Assembly: GCF_035594765.1 (NCBI RefSeq)
Contig: NC_085842.1
Span: forward strand, 218,747,747-218,811,746
Length of the DNA: 64,000 nt
Source: Anolis carolinensis
Taxonomy: Eukaryota
Direction: 5' to 3'
In this document: positions 1 through 12,267 of the stretch, in pieces
Layout of the letters: every line of letters starts with the position of its first letter
Position numbering within the stretch: the first letter of the stretch is position 1
Notes under the pieces: generated by a model
Told to the model about the DNA's origin: nothing
What the model saw: the letters and a program-made list of their open reading frames with translations, nothing else
The model's database searches: none
Position numbers and translations under genes: made by a program

Positions 1-880
1 GTTGCAATGACAACTCATGTGTACATCATAATACCAGCAATGCTGCTGCCTGGAAATTTTGCTATTACAATACGTACCTCCCAAGGAAAATAATGTGAGG
101 CGGAGACAGCAACTTCACAGCCAGTATGACTTCCACAAGATTTTCTGCTATTTCAGAATGGCAAACTTTGAACTGATGGGCTACAAGGCAACAAGCACAA
201 TATTCTATGAGCATCCACAGAATAATAGTAATTCCTTGTTAAGCAGTAACAGCGCTCCTCACCATGCAGTTCTCAATGAGTTTGAAAAATGTAGAGTGAG
301 ACATAACTGAAATTGGCCACCTACTGTTCAATTAACCACACTGACATGACAAAACACTACGAACATTCCTCGTTGCATCGATATAAACATACCAGCAACA
401 AGGATGCCTGAGCCCACAAGGAATGGCCTTGACTGTTGGTAGAGTAGCCAAATCCAGTTCATAAACTCCCAGCAAAGCAGAACAATGGCATTGCTAGAAA
501 TCTCTATATTCTGCAGCTGCCTTTTTTCATTTTGCTTTTTGTCCTTGAAGGGACTTGTTCTGCACCTCATATACTGTGGTTATAGTTTCCAGCAAGGCAG
601 ACACTCCTACTCACAACTCTATTGCATACTCTATTTCAATAATCCTCAGATCAGTGACTGACTGTGATTATGAGCAGAGCAGTAGTGGATAGGACACATA
701 TGATGGCTAACATACATTTTATGACTGGTATACACTTGTCCAAATGTATTGTTTATTATTCATGCTGAGGGCATAGTCCAATATATAAGTGCAACAATAT
801 ACAACAATATAAAAGTACTGTCTAAAGCAATTGGCATACAGATCTTGCTTATCGTAATTAAATCCCACTAAAATACAATA

Positions 881-1203
881 CAGTAGAGTCTCACTTATCT
901 AACACTCACTTATCCAACGTTCTGGATTATCCAACGCATTTTTGTAGTCAATGTTTTCAATATATCGTGATATTTTGGTGCTAAATTCATTAATACAGTA
1001 ATTACTACATAGCATTACTGCGTATTGAACTACTTTTTCTGCCAAATTTGTTGTCTAACATGATGTTTTGGTGCTTAATTTGTAAAATCATAACCTAATT
1101 TGATGTTTAATAGGCGTTTCCTTAATCCCTCCTTATTATCCAACATACTCGCTTATCCAACATTCTGCCGGCCCGTTTATGTTGGATAAGTGAGACTCTA
1201 CTG
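881..1203. mobile_element. Tc1/mariner-pogo-type MITE, family A (323 bp)
   Basis: TIR CAGTAGAGTCTCACTTATC...GATAAGTGAGACTCTACTG with TA duplication. Confidence 0.9.
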
Positions 1204-2251
1204 TACCATTAAAATACAATATAGCACATCAAATACAGACACCATTAACATTTAGATTAGATAAAATTCAGTTGGTTGAGAGCATCCCCATAGAAATCAA
1301 CTGCAATATCAGCAAATAGTTTAGCTCAAATCTTCATTGCTCTCAGGGTGAAAAGACATTTTTGTGACTTATCATTTCCACGACTTTTCATTTCTACCCT
1401 TTTGAGTTTTAGAAAAGCCCTGAAAACATGGGTATGTGCCCAGGCTTTCGAAGATTAAATGATAAAGACGACCCGGACTGATTTACGGCTACAGCACGAG
1501 GATTTTGGAGGAATGGATTTTAATCATATGTTTTATATCTTTATATTGTTTTAATTGTTTTATTGGATTTTCATTGCTGTTTTAATTATGTGTAGGCATC
1601 GAATTGTTGCCAATTTTGTACGCCGCCCTGAGTCCCTTCGGGTGAGAAGGGCGGGATATAAATGTTGGAAATAAATAAATAAATAAATTATCATAACATT
1701 GATATCACACAGGAAATAGAAAATCTCTTCCGACACATTATTAGAATTCAGATTAGACATAATAGATCCCAAGAATTCGGATCCTGGTTTTGAACATAAT
1801 GTGTAGAAAAGCAAAGATACGACAAATCTTCAATATCTGGAGACAGACAAATACACAAAACAGAGGGCCAGAGGGACATGATAATCTCTGCCATAGATCA
1901 TGACTACCTATGGTTTAAAAAGACAAAAGGCTGTAAAAACCTGCCTAAGTTTTGAAAATGTAAGCTTTTCCAGGTAAACGGACTATTGATGGTCAAATGT
2001 ATATAGTCTATAAAATTTTTAAAAAAATTCAATTGTTAACAGCCTCTCTATCCAGTTGTGCACCATGATTAAAATGTAGTCATGAAGCTTCTCTTTCGAG
2101 TTCAAGATAGAAACACTGTCAAGTAGAGTAGGATAGGACTACAGCAACATTTGATATCTTGGACTCCAAACACTGCAGTTTGGTAGCTGTTCAAAAGTTA
2201 ATTTAGGAAAGTCCCGAACTAAAAAATATTTTAGAATACTACAGTAGTTTA

Positions 2252-2281
2252 ATACTTACCCGGCAAGAGAGACACCATGAT
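2252..2281 (+). pseudogene. 5' fragment of U1 snRNA
   Basis: ATACTTACCCGGCAAGAGAGACACCATGAT versus the U1 5' end ATACTTACCTGGCAGGGGAGAYACCATGAT; starts exactly at U1 position 1. Confidence 0.7.
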
Positions 2282-2296
2282 TGATAAACTACTATC

Positions 2297-2678
2297 GTGG
2301 CTTCAAAAGCTGGGTATGTTTAGCCTGCAGAAGAGAAGGTTGAGAGGAGACATTGTTGCCATGTATAAATATATGAAAGGGGAAGAGGGAGCAGGCTTGC
2401 TTTTTGCTGCCCTGGAGAATAGGGCTCGGAGCAATGGGTTCAAATTACAGAAAGGAGATTCCAATTGAACATTAGGAAGATCTTCCATACCGCGACAGCT
2501 GTTCTGCATGGAACTCTCTGTTTCAGAGTGTGGCAGAAGCTTCTTCTTTGGAGGCTTTTAAACAGAGGCTAAAAGGTCATCTGTTGAGAGTGCTTTGATT
2601 ATGCTTTTCCAGCATGGCAGGGGGTTGGACTAGATGGCCCATGCGGTCTCTTCCAACTCTTGTTATTCTAGGATTCTA
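2297..2678 (+). mobile_element. CR1 3' fragment (others at ~3535-3772 -, 4235-4395 +, 8460-8660 -, 31695-31830 -, 33913-34870 -)
   Basis: [17 protein letters not shown]...; 3'UTR and TTATTCTAGGATTCTA tail. Confidence 0.85.
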
Positions 2679-3773
2679 AGAGAAATTAAAACCATATCAT
2701 CAGCATATAAAAGAACAGACACCATCTCTGACCCAACTGAGGATGGAAAATTTTCCAAGCCAGATAATGTTGGAATTACATCATTCAGATATAAATTAAA
2801 GTGTGATGGTGTCAACAGGCATTCTTGCTTTACTTTTTTATCTATGTGGGTAGATAAGGCATTATCTACAGGGATAGGATCAAGTAATCTGTTGAATACT
2901 GCAACCTTCTCAAGCCTCTATTTAATGTTTTGTCTGTTTTATAATGTGTCAGTTTATTTCCTGAAGTGTATGTCTTCTTTGGTTTGCAGTTTTCTTACCT
3001 CTATGTACTTGAAGCAGTAGGAGGGGCTGCTGGTCATGTGACTATTTAGAATGCATTTTTAAAAGGGTGACAGTTATAAATGACAGTTGAGGCTTGAATC
3101 TGTTAGAGGGCAGAAGCCAGTGTTGGGAGTTAGAAGACAGTTGAGGCTTGAGTTCCTTGGAAGTACACTGTTATAAAAGAGGGCAATATAGTGTTAAAGA
3201 GACTATTAAAGATTATAAGTTTAAAGATACAAACTGAAACATTTTAAAGTTTAACCTGACAAGAAATATACCTGTATATTTAAATATATGAAGTTATCAG
3301 TAAAACAAACACGTTATTTTAAAGAATTCTGCTTGAATCTTTGTTTGCTGAGAGCTTCAAACAAGATTTCCATTGCCCAATAAACTAAAGGATCCTAACA
3401 GGTCATAATCCAATAGTCTATTACTGTATTAGTTAGTGAGTTTATGCCACAACAGGCTTCTATCAATGGAATCAAAAGTTGCTGCTAAGTCAACAAATAG
3501 ATGTTTGATAGGACCAACAATTTCTATGATTCTATAGAATCATAGAATAATAGAGTTGGAAGAGACCCCAAGGGCCATCTAGTCCAACCCCGTCATGTAG
3601 GGAAATTCTAAAGCAGCCCTGACGGATAATCCAGCCTCTAAATCAAAGTCCCAAGAAAGTTTATTGAAAAGATGACACACTGAAGATGGAGGAAGCGTAT
3701 GTTCTGCTGCTCCAGAGATCAGGCTATGGAACAATGGATTCAAACTGCAGGAAAAGAGATGCCACCTAAACAT

Positions 3774-4029
3774 CAGCCGTGGCGGCACAATGGGTTAAAC
3801 CCTTGTGCTGGCTGACCTGAAGGTTGGGTTGCTGACCTGAAGTTTGCTGGTTCAAATCCATGAGACGAAGTGAGTTCCTGTCTGTCAGCTCTAGCCTGCA
3901 GGGACATGAGAGAAGCCTCCCAGCTAACACATCTGGGCGTCCCCTGGGCAACGTCTCTGTAGACGACCAATTCTGTCACACCAGAAGCAACTTGCAGTAT
4001 GTTCTCAAGTGGCTTTGACACAATAAAAA
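3774..4029 (+). mobile_element. Poly(A)-tailed squamate tRNA-derived SINE (second copy at ~63281-63545)
   Basis: A-box-like TGGCGGCACAATGG, B-box GGTTCAAATCC, shared body GGGCGTCCCCTGGGCAA...CCAGAAGCAACT, A-rich end. Confidence 0.75.
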
Positions 4030-4750
4030 GTTATAATTGCATATTATATAACATGTAATATTACTAATAATATTGCAGTATAGTGGTATAGTACAATATA
4101 GTAATATAATGCTTATATTGTGCTATGTTAATAAAATATTGTATGTACATATAAGCCGCCCTGAGTCCCCTTTGGGGTGAGAAGGGCGGGATATAAATGT
4201 TGTAAATAAATGATCAATAAATTAAATCAGCAAAAACTTTCACATGGTAGGAGATAGTTGATGGTGGGATATGTCATTGTTTTCTTTTTTTGAGTTTTTA
4301 AAAATGGAGGCAGGATGTCCATCTGTTTGGAAAGCTTTGACTGTGTATTTTTTCATGGCAGAAAGACCCTTGTGGTCTCCTCCAACTCTGTGGTTCTCTC
4401 TGTTTGTTGAAATTATTTGTTGTCTATTGCTCTTAAAATTGGTTCATTTTCGGGGTTTAATTGAATGTATATCTAATAGCATGACTTTAGGCCAATCAAG
4501 CTGAATCTGAAAAAGACAGCAGAATAGTACAGCACTGCACTGTGTTCTGGTGTTGATATTTCAGGTCAAGAGTTGGAGATGGAAGTAGTAGTCCTGGTTT
4601 CCATTCAAACAGAATCTTCCTCCTATAGAAGCCAAAGGAGGCTCCAGGCTACATTTCTTGGACGTCCCAAGGAGGAGAAATGCAGGCGGCCGAGAACTAG
4701 AGCCCAGTTCCGGCGAGTCAACGCAACATTGGCGAAAAGAAGCTCTAGAG

Positions 4751-4929
4751 CAGGGATGGGCAAACCTGGGCCCTCCAGGTATTTTGAACTTCAACTCCCA
4801 GAATTCCTGACCTCAGGCCCTTTCCTTTTTCCCCTCAGCCGCTTAAGGGGAAAAGGAAAGGGCCTGAGGCCAGGAATTCTGGGAGTTGAAGTCCAAAACA
4901 CCTGGAGGGCCCAAGTTTGCCCATGCCTG
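4751..4929. mobile_element. hAT-type palindromic MITE
   Basis: CAGGGATGGGCAAAC...GTTTGCCCATGCCTG with 8-bp TSD CTCTAGAG/CTTTAGAG. Related copies at ~8993-9127, 9488-9623, 9643-9745, 10048-10132, 11500-11635, 17250-17377, 23531-23664 and 54889-55008. Confidence 0.85.
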
Positions 4930-4934
4930 CTTTA

Positions 4935-6030
4935 GAGATTAGGCGAACGAGCCTCGGGCGCGAGCATAACGACAGCGCGCGCTCCTCCCTTCCCTCGGTT
5001 GTTGCCGTGGCGCATGCGCAGGTAAGGGCTCAGGAAAGATCCAAGTCGCCTCACAGCCTGTGGCCTCCAGGTGCTTTGAAACGCCGACTCCCAGCATTCA
5101 AAGGGCTTCTGGGAGTTGGAGATGAACCTCCTCCGACCAAGCGTCCTCAAAGCTGCTGTTTGGGACTCCAACTCCCAGAATTCCTGACCATTTAACAAGC
5201 TGGCAAGGGCTTCTGGGAGTTGGAGGCCAAACCGGTTTGAGGGAAGCGCTCTTTCGACGAGACGCCAGCCGAAGTTTGCGCATGCGCAAGAGAGAGTGTG
5301 GGGGGGGAGCGCGCGCCGTCGCTTCCGTTCTTTCCGAGCGCGCGCAGGCGCAGAAGAGGAGATTGGCGCCGTTTCTCTGAGGAGGGCTTCCGCGTCGGCT
5401 GTTGCCTGGCCCTGGTGTTCGTTGGCAGAGCGGGCGGGGAAGGAAGGCAGGAAGAGCGTCCCCTTCCTCCGGCGCCTCGCTTGCCGCCCGCCTTGAGGGG
5501 CCTGGTCGCAGGCGGGAGGCTACGGCGTCGCCTCCTCCTTCTCCCCGGATGTGTGTGGCCGCCCCGGAGCCCTCCCAGGCCTCGCGGGTCCGGGGTTTGC
5601 CGCCCGGGAGGGAGCCGCTCTGATGACGGCCTCCTCCCTTGGCGACGCCTCCACCGCCGAGCACTGGCCTGAGCCGGGTTTCCCTTCCTCCTTCTCGTCT
5701 TTCTGGGCGCGATGACCACCCCGGCCTTGCTGCCTCTCTCTGGGCGCCGCATCCCGCCGCGGAGCCTGGGCCCGTCCTCCTCCTTCCCGCACCACAGGGC
5801 TACCTTGAGACTCTCCGAGAAGTTCATCCTGCTGCTGATTCTCAGTGCCTTCATCACGCTGTGTTTCGGGGCCTTCTTCTTCCTGCCGGACTCCTCCAAA
5901 CACAAGCGTTTCGACCTGGGCTTGGAAGATGTCCTCATCCCTCACGTGGAGGCCGGCGAGGGGGGCAAGCAGGCCGGAGGGTACCTGATCCACGGGCAGG
6001 GCCGCGACCAACACAGGCACAGGTAGGTAG
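4935..6030. promoter_or_regulatory. CpG island and TATA-less promoter of MAN1A2 with NRF1 and ETS motifs
   Basis: Abrupt GC- and CpG-rich stretch in an AT-rich background. NRF1 motifs GCGCATGCGCA at 5010-5020 and TGCGCATGCGCA at 5277-5288; CTTCCG (ETS/GABP) near 5322 and 5387. Confidence 0.85.
5712..6022 (+). CDS. MAN1A2: MAN1A2 exon 1 (cytosolic tail, type II transmembrane anchor)
   Basis: ATG at 5712; MTTPALLPLSGRR...HRH; donor AG|GTAGGT at 6023, phase 2. Confidence 0.96.
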
Positions 6031-6113
6031 GTAGGTCTGTCTCCCAGGAGGAGGCGTGTAAGGCCACCCTGAGATGAGATCTCCAGAGAGGAAACCTGTT
6101 GATTGGCTTAGAC

Positions 6114-7622
6114 CAGGCATGGGCAAACTTCGGCCCTCCATGGGTTTTGGACTTCAACTCCCACAATTCCTAAATTGCTGGAGAGGATGCCAAGAAGTGG
6201 GACCATATATATAAATAGATGGTGGCATTGTAAATATGTAATTAGTTTTTGGCAAAAGGTATTTAGAGGGATAGAGGATATAATGAACATTAAAATAGAA
6301 CATTAAAATAAAATGGCAAAATAATAATAATAATTTTATTTTTATATCCCGCCTCCATCTCCCTGCAGGGACTAGGGGCGGCTAACATGGGCCCAAGCCC
6401 AGGAAATCACAATAAAACAGGATAAAATACATACAGAACAAAACAAACATCGTCAACGAAAAGAAACTTAACTGAATAGGTAAAGGTTTCCCCTGACGTT
6501 AAGTCCAGTCGTGACCGACTCTGGGGGTTGGTGCTCCTCTCCATTTCTAAGCCGAAGAGCCGGCATTGTCCGTAGACACCTCCAAGGTCATGTGGCCGGC
6601 ATGACTACATGGAGTGTCGTTACCTTCCTGCCGGAGCGGTACCTATTGATCTACTCACATTTGCATGTTTTCGAACTGCTAGGTTGGCAGGATAGAATAG
6701 AACACCATATTAAACAGTAATGTAGTGATAAATAATTGGTTCAATGGCTTGCTGTGAGTTTTCTGGATTGTATGGCCATGTTCTAGAAGCATTCAGCCTG
6801 GAAACTCACAGCAGCTCAGTGATTCCAGCCATGACAGCCTTCGACGACACAATTGGTTCAGTGTTTACAAAGCTCAGTTGGTGCTAGACTTCATACGATT
6901 GATAAGACTATTTTAATTGATATTTATGTTTTTGACAGTTTTAGAATATTGTGTTTTATTGATACTATTATTTAAATTTGGCATTGAATTATTGCCATCA
7001 TTTATAAGCTGCCTTGAGTCCCCCTTCAGGGGTGAGAAGGGTGGGGTATAAGTACAGTAAATAAAGAAGTCCGGGTATAGCATTATTATCGCTATATCAT
7101 AATAAACAGTTGAAAAAAGAAGTAAAGGATGCAATTTCAAATCTATTAATAGCAAGATTTCTTATAGCAATGAATTGAAAAAGGGAGATGAATATACAAA
7201 TTGAAAGTGGTATAAGGAAATATGGAAATTGGCAATAAGTGATAAGCTGACATGTAAGTTAAAAGTAGGTTATGAAAACAAAGCGATTTTGATGATGTCT
7301 CGGGAAAAAATTTTTTGAAAGAGGATTTTAAAAAAAGGATGGAAAGTTACCTCCACAAGAGGAAATGAAATTTTGGACAGATACTATTTAAAAGAAGTGG
7401 CTCGGGGAGGGGAGCACGGGGGTGGGGGATAGAAAAGTATGTGTAAGTGTGGAAGCAACAATGGATACAAAAGGTTTTATGAGATATATTGTATTGAATA
7501 TTACATATCTGCTGTTTAACAAATGTGTGGAACTTTTAAAAAATAATTCAAAATATTAAAAAGTAGGAATTGTGGGAGTTTAAGTCCAAAACCCCTGGAA
7601 GGCCAAAGTTTGCCCATGCCTG
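6114..7622. mobile_element. hAT MITE split by nested L1, L2, Sauria SINE and Penelope fragments
   Basis: Perfect 8-bp TSD GCTTAGAC (6106-6113 and 7623-7630); left arm 6114-6171, right arm 7564-7622. Confidence 0.85.
6172..7563 (+). mobile_element. L1-clade LINE 3' fragment (zinc knuckle), interrupted at ~6301-7065
   Basis: NCWRGCQEVG...WWHCKYVISFWQKVF..IEDIMNIKIE, resuming as RSPGIALLSL...NLLIARFLIAMN; A-rich tail at ~7537. Confidence 0.7.
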
Positions 7623-7702
7623 GCTTAGACTGATACCAATAAGGTTTAGAGTTGGTTTGTTTTGGTAAGAGATTAAAGTACTATACATTATTATTATTAT
7701 AT

Positions 7703-8074
7703 TTGGGTTACTGTGAGTTTTCCGGGCTGTATGGCCATGTTCCAGAACCATTCTCTCCTGACGTTTCGCCCACAGTTATGGCAGGCATAGTCAGAGGTTG
7801 TGAGGTCTGTTGGAAACTAGGGGTTTATATATCTGTGGAAAGTCCAGGGTGAGAGAAAGAACTCTTGTCTGTTTGAAGCAAGTGTGAATATTGGGTTTTC
7901 CACAGATATATAAACCCCACTCGCCCAGTTTCCAAGAGACCTCACAACCTCAGAGGATGCCTGCCATAGTTATGGGTGAAATGTCAGGAGAGAATGCTTC
8001 TGGAAAATGGCCATACAGCCCGGAAAACTCACAGCAACCCAATGATTCTGGCCATGAAAGTCTTCAACAACATT
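7703..8074. mobile_element. Penelope-like element remnant with inverted pLTR arms
   Basis: GGGTTACTGTGAGTTTTCCGGGCTGTATGGCCAT...ATGGCCATACAGCCCGGAAAACTCACAGCAACCC palindrome; each arm holds a hammerhead motif. Confidence 0.8.
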
Positions 8075-10429
8075 ATATTTATTTATATCCCGCTTTATCT
8101 CCCCAAAGGGAACTCAAAGTGGCTTGACAAAAGCATTAGTATACAATTGAAGGTGGGATGTAATTTAGGCTTCTGAACACCAAGTACAGGCAGTCCCCTG
8201 AGTTACAAACATTTGATTTACAAGCTACTCCTAGTTAAGAACCAGACAGCAGATGCTATTCCCTCCCTCCCCCTGAAACGTGGCCTTGACTGATTGGGAA
8301 CGAAAGTGACAAAACACTTCAGGTGTGGTTGGGTCATTGTGTGCTCTTGTGAGACATATTGTCCTAAAGACCACTTGGTATGGGTAGAAGCCTTACTCTG
8401 CACCTGACTCTATGCAGTGTGGATAGCACCAAAGATATTTGAAGAAAAGAAAATGAAAAGTTGAATAATAGCATTGGAAGAGACCCAGCGTCTGCCAAAA
8501 AACCCCCAGAGAAGGAGACTCTGTGTACTCCAAGGCAGCATATTACACCTTTGAATAGCTCTTACAGTTCTTCCTAATGTTTAGGTGGAATCTTCTTTCT
8601 TTCCATTTGAATCCATTGTTCTGAGTCCTAGTCTCCAGAGCAGCAGAAAACAAGCTTGCTATAAAATGTTTAAGTTTTCCTTATATGCTCAGATCCAACT
8701 ATTGAGTTACATGTGTAACCAATAAGGAAAGTCTGCTTTTAGAAAAGTTTATTTTCCTTTTTCATTGTGAATGAAGCACGGAAAGTAATGTCAGCTTCAA
8801 GTAGACACTAAATCCTCTTAATGAAAAGATTGGGAGAGTTTTCATAGACAGGTAGACTTAACCTTGTTAATTAAAACATACTAGAAATATGACAGTATTT
8901 TCCTATTGAATGCTGTTTGTTCTCTCTTCTCCCCCCAACCCTTTTTGGGACAAGCTATATAATGTGCTGCAGCTGATTAAAGTATATCCCATGCAGGGCT
9001 CAAAACTGTGGGTCCCCAGGTGTTTTGGCCTACAACTTCCAGAAATCCAAGCCAATTTACCAGCTGTTAGAATTTCTGCAAGTTGAAAGCCAAATCACCT
9101 GGGGTCCCACAGGTTGAGAAATATTGCTCTTGAAGGACATGATATGCACATCACATTTCAGTGGGCTGGTTAAGAAAAATACCTCACATTTTTTAGCGGC
9201 TGTTCCTGGGCTTGGTTCTGATCTGTAGTCAACCGATACTGTGGCCACCGGTTTTTGGAGTGTTTTTGTAGGCACTGCACAGTGAAACCAGTTTGTTTTA
9301 ATTTACTTCCAAAAGTCTATTTAGAACTGCCCTCTGTTTTGGTGCTACTTATCTTACCTGTTGTACGTTTGTGCACATGACAACAGAAGGATCGACTAAG
9401 GTAGAGTTTCATAGCTGAAGCTTGATTTCTATGTTTACTGCAGAAACACTGTCCATACCCACTATCCTCCCAAGTGCTAATGCTAGAACATAATTTCTCA
9501 AACTGTGTTCCTCCAGATGCTTTGGACTTCAGCTTTCATAACTCCTAACAGCTGGTAAGATGGCTGGGATTTCTTGGAGCTGAAGTTCAAAACATGTGGA
9601 GGAGCATGGTTTGAGAAACACTGTGCTAGAGAATGTCTAGATCAGGCCTGCAGAAACTGTACCAACTCCCAGGATCCCTAGCCAGCTTGTCCAGTGGTCA
9701 GGAATTCTGGGAGCACCTGAAGGGCCACAGGCTGTGCAGACCTGGTCTAGATAGAAAGAGGACAAAGAAGAAAAATGAACTTCACTATCAGAAGCTTTGT
9801 TAATTGGGGTATACCTGTTCCTAATTTAGAAGACAACAAAAGCAGTACATGTTAACCACAAAACATACAGGCCACATGTAGAACTACATACACTTATTGT
9901 CCTTTGGTTTCTCCAACAACAGTTCTCCTCCCCTCATAATGCAGGGGGCAGTAATCTTCAGGGATTCTCCCCCTTCTTGCTATGCCCACTCCAGAAGATT
10001 AGGGGATTGGGTGTGAGAGTGCAAAGGGAGGGGGAAATTGCTAAAAGCAGGCATGGGCAAACTTTCAGCTGTTAGGAATTGTAGGAGTTGGAAGTCCAAA
10101 ACACCTGGAGGGCCGAAGGTTGCCCATGCCCGATTAAAAGTAACCAATACAGTCCAGGTTTTATAATATGGGAAAAAATTCTCTATAGAAGGAAGATTTG
10201 GAAAATGGTAACTGCTATCCATTCAGTCTACCAAATGATCTCTATTTTGGTTTTTCCTCTGTGTGTTATATAGCTGGATTTAAGTGAGCAAGGAAAACAG
10301 CATTAAGTTGGTTGAGGTTTTAGTAGGTTTTAACTTAGTAATGTTCATTTTGGTTCCCCCCCCCCCCCCCCCACATTTCTTCATGTACTTTGACTGAAGA
10401 CTGACTGGATACATAAACGATTAACAACA

Positions 10430-11040
10430 ACAACAACAACATTTATACCCCCTTTATCTCAAGAACCACAACCCAACCTATATATTTAAAATATACAGCA
10501 ATAATTATTAAAATAATATTAAACTAAAGTTCACATAACATACAATTTTCAAATATAGTAAATAAAAGCTGTTAAAAACAGTTCACTAACACCATACAGT
10601 AACTTTTTTTTTAAAAAAAAGCTATGTTTTAAAAGCCTTCTTGAATAAAGTTTTAGCTTGCCACTTGAAGGAGAATAAGGAGGGGCTTCTTGGGTAGAGA
10701 GTTTCAGAGTCGAGTGGCAGCAACCAAAAAAGGCTCTTGTGATGGTGGCAAGACTGAGATAAGTACCTCTCCTGAGGATCTCAGGTTTTAGATAGATTCA
10801 TTAAGGAAGACATGATTTGCCAGATAGTGTAAATTTGAGCCATATAGAGCTTTATAGGTCAAAACCAGCAGTTTGAATTGTGCCCAGAAACAACCTGGCA
10901 GCCAGTGCAGCTGTTGAAGTGGGGGAATTGTGTTCTCACTGTAGCCAGCCCCTGGCGCAGCTCTTTGGGCCAGATGAAGTCTCCAAATACTCTTTAAAGC
11001 CTGTCCCAAGTAGAGTGTGTTACAGTAATCCAAAGAAGAT
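10430..11040 (-). mobile_element. L2 LINE 3' fragment (others at ~1375-1690, 4150-4220, 26050-26615, 26840-26910, 49090-49150, 61395-61455)
   Basis: DYCNTLYLG...LQQLHWLP..WAQFKLLVLTYKAL is the L2 ORF2 C-terminus; the other copies share the GCCCTGAGTCCC...GGGCGGGATATAAA tail. Confidence 0.8.
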
Positions 11041-11660
11041 GCAACTTGCTGATGTTCCAGTTAAGCAATTGTGCTTATGAGACAAGGATCTACAAACTAT
11101 GGCTGGTTTGATTGTTAAATTTTGGTTTTTACTCACTATCCATAAATTTCAGTAATAAATGCATATGGTGTTGTTTGTTGAAGCTATGTCACTTCAGGTT
11201 TGTGTATGCTAGATGATATTGCTATTATTATTGTTATTTTTTTCACACCCAATTCTTCCCTCTTGTGCAATACCTAGAGCAGCACACACCATTTTAAAAA
11301 ACTAAATTACGGCTTTAACTTCAAATCCATTCTACAATTTTTAATATTCCCATTTTCTAAATGTGGGCACAGTGAACAATTTGGATAAAACTATGCATTT
11401 TATAGTTTATTTAAAATGAAGAAATATGTACAGTATTTTCAAGAAACCCTATAGCTTTCTTAGAAGCATTCACTTCTTTTTTAAAAATATAGGTTCCACC
11501 AGGCCTGCACAATCTGTGTTCCTGCAGGTGTTTGGGATTCTAACTCTCAGAAGCCCTAGCTAGCTTTGTTCAATGGTCATGAATTTTGGGACCTGACGTT
11601 CAAAACACCTGGAGGGCCACAGGTTGCTCTGGCTAACCTAATAATGAAACAATGAAAATA

Positions 11661-12000
11661 CCATATTTTATCACATAATTGCCACATTTTTATCTTTTCA
11701 TGCAAGGATTTTTTTTCCAGCTGTGGGGCTTCTCTTGCAGCACTTGCCAGCAGGCACATGGGTGGGTGAAGGCTCGCCCACCTACACACCTCTCCCATTT
11801 GACCTATGGAGTACTGTCTTGGCCCTGCCGGATCGCCATGGTAGCCCTCCATAGCTTGGAAGAGGCAATCAGGAGGTGTTGCTCCCTTGCATAATAGGCA
11901 ACATGTGAACTGTGGGTGCGACTATTAAGCGAGGAATTACAAAATACTAAAAGTGTGTGTGACTATTATGCAATGGCATCTATTATGCGATGAAATACAG
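11661..12000. mobile_element. Old Tc2-like MITE (similar small element at 46679..46843)
   Basis: ta|CCATATTTTTATCACATAAT...ATTATGCGATGAAATACAG|ta degenerate TIRs. Confidence 0.5.
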
Positions 12001-12267
12001 TAGTGATACAGTAGTGAAAGCACTGGTTTGCTTTCAACACTGGTGAGAAAATTAGAATTAGACATATTTGGCATAAATACTATTTTTCAAGGTTACTAGT
12101 ACCTGTACTGTACTTCTTTTAAGCAGAAAAACTGAACAGAAGGTACAGTGAAAACAGTGTCATATCCACATTTCTCAAAAAGTTAGTTAGTGGATTCTCA
12201 GCCTGCTAGTAGTACTAATGCCTATGCATAGCTGTAAGGGCATGGCATTTTATGTAGTTAGTTGTTA

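Noticed and set aside
1-600. Hydrophobic minus-strand ORF (328..570) and neighbouring frames, possibly a decayed membrane-protein gene
   Set aside because: No recognisable motif and multiple stops; it cannot be supported without a BLASTx search.
2890-3454. Possible solo LTR (TGTTG...CAACA, TATA-like motif, internal repeat)
   Set aside because: The flanks (TAATC versus GGCTT) do not form a TSD, so it is left unannotated.
5098-6034. Long overlapping ORFs of 124-248 aa on both strands
   Set aside because: These are stop-poor frames in a GC-rich CpG island overlapping MAN1A2 exon 1; the products are low-complexity and Arg/Pro/Gly-rich with no recognisable family.
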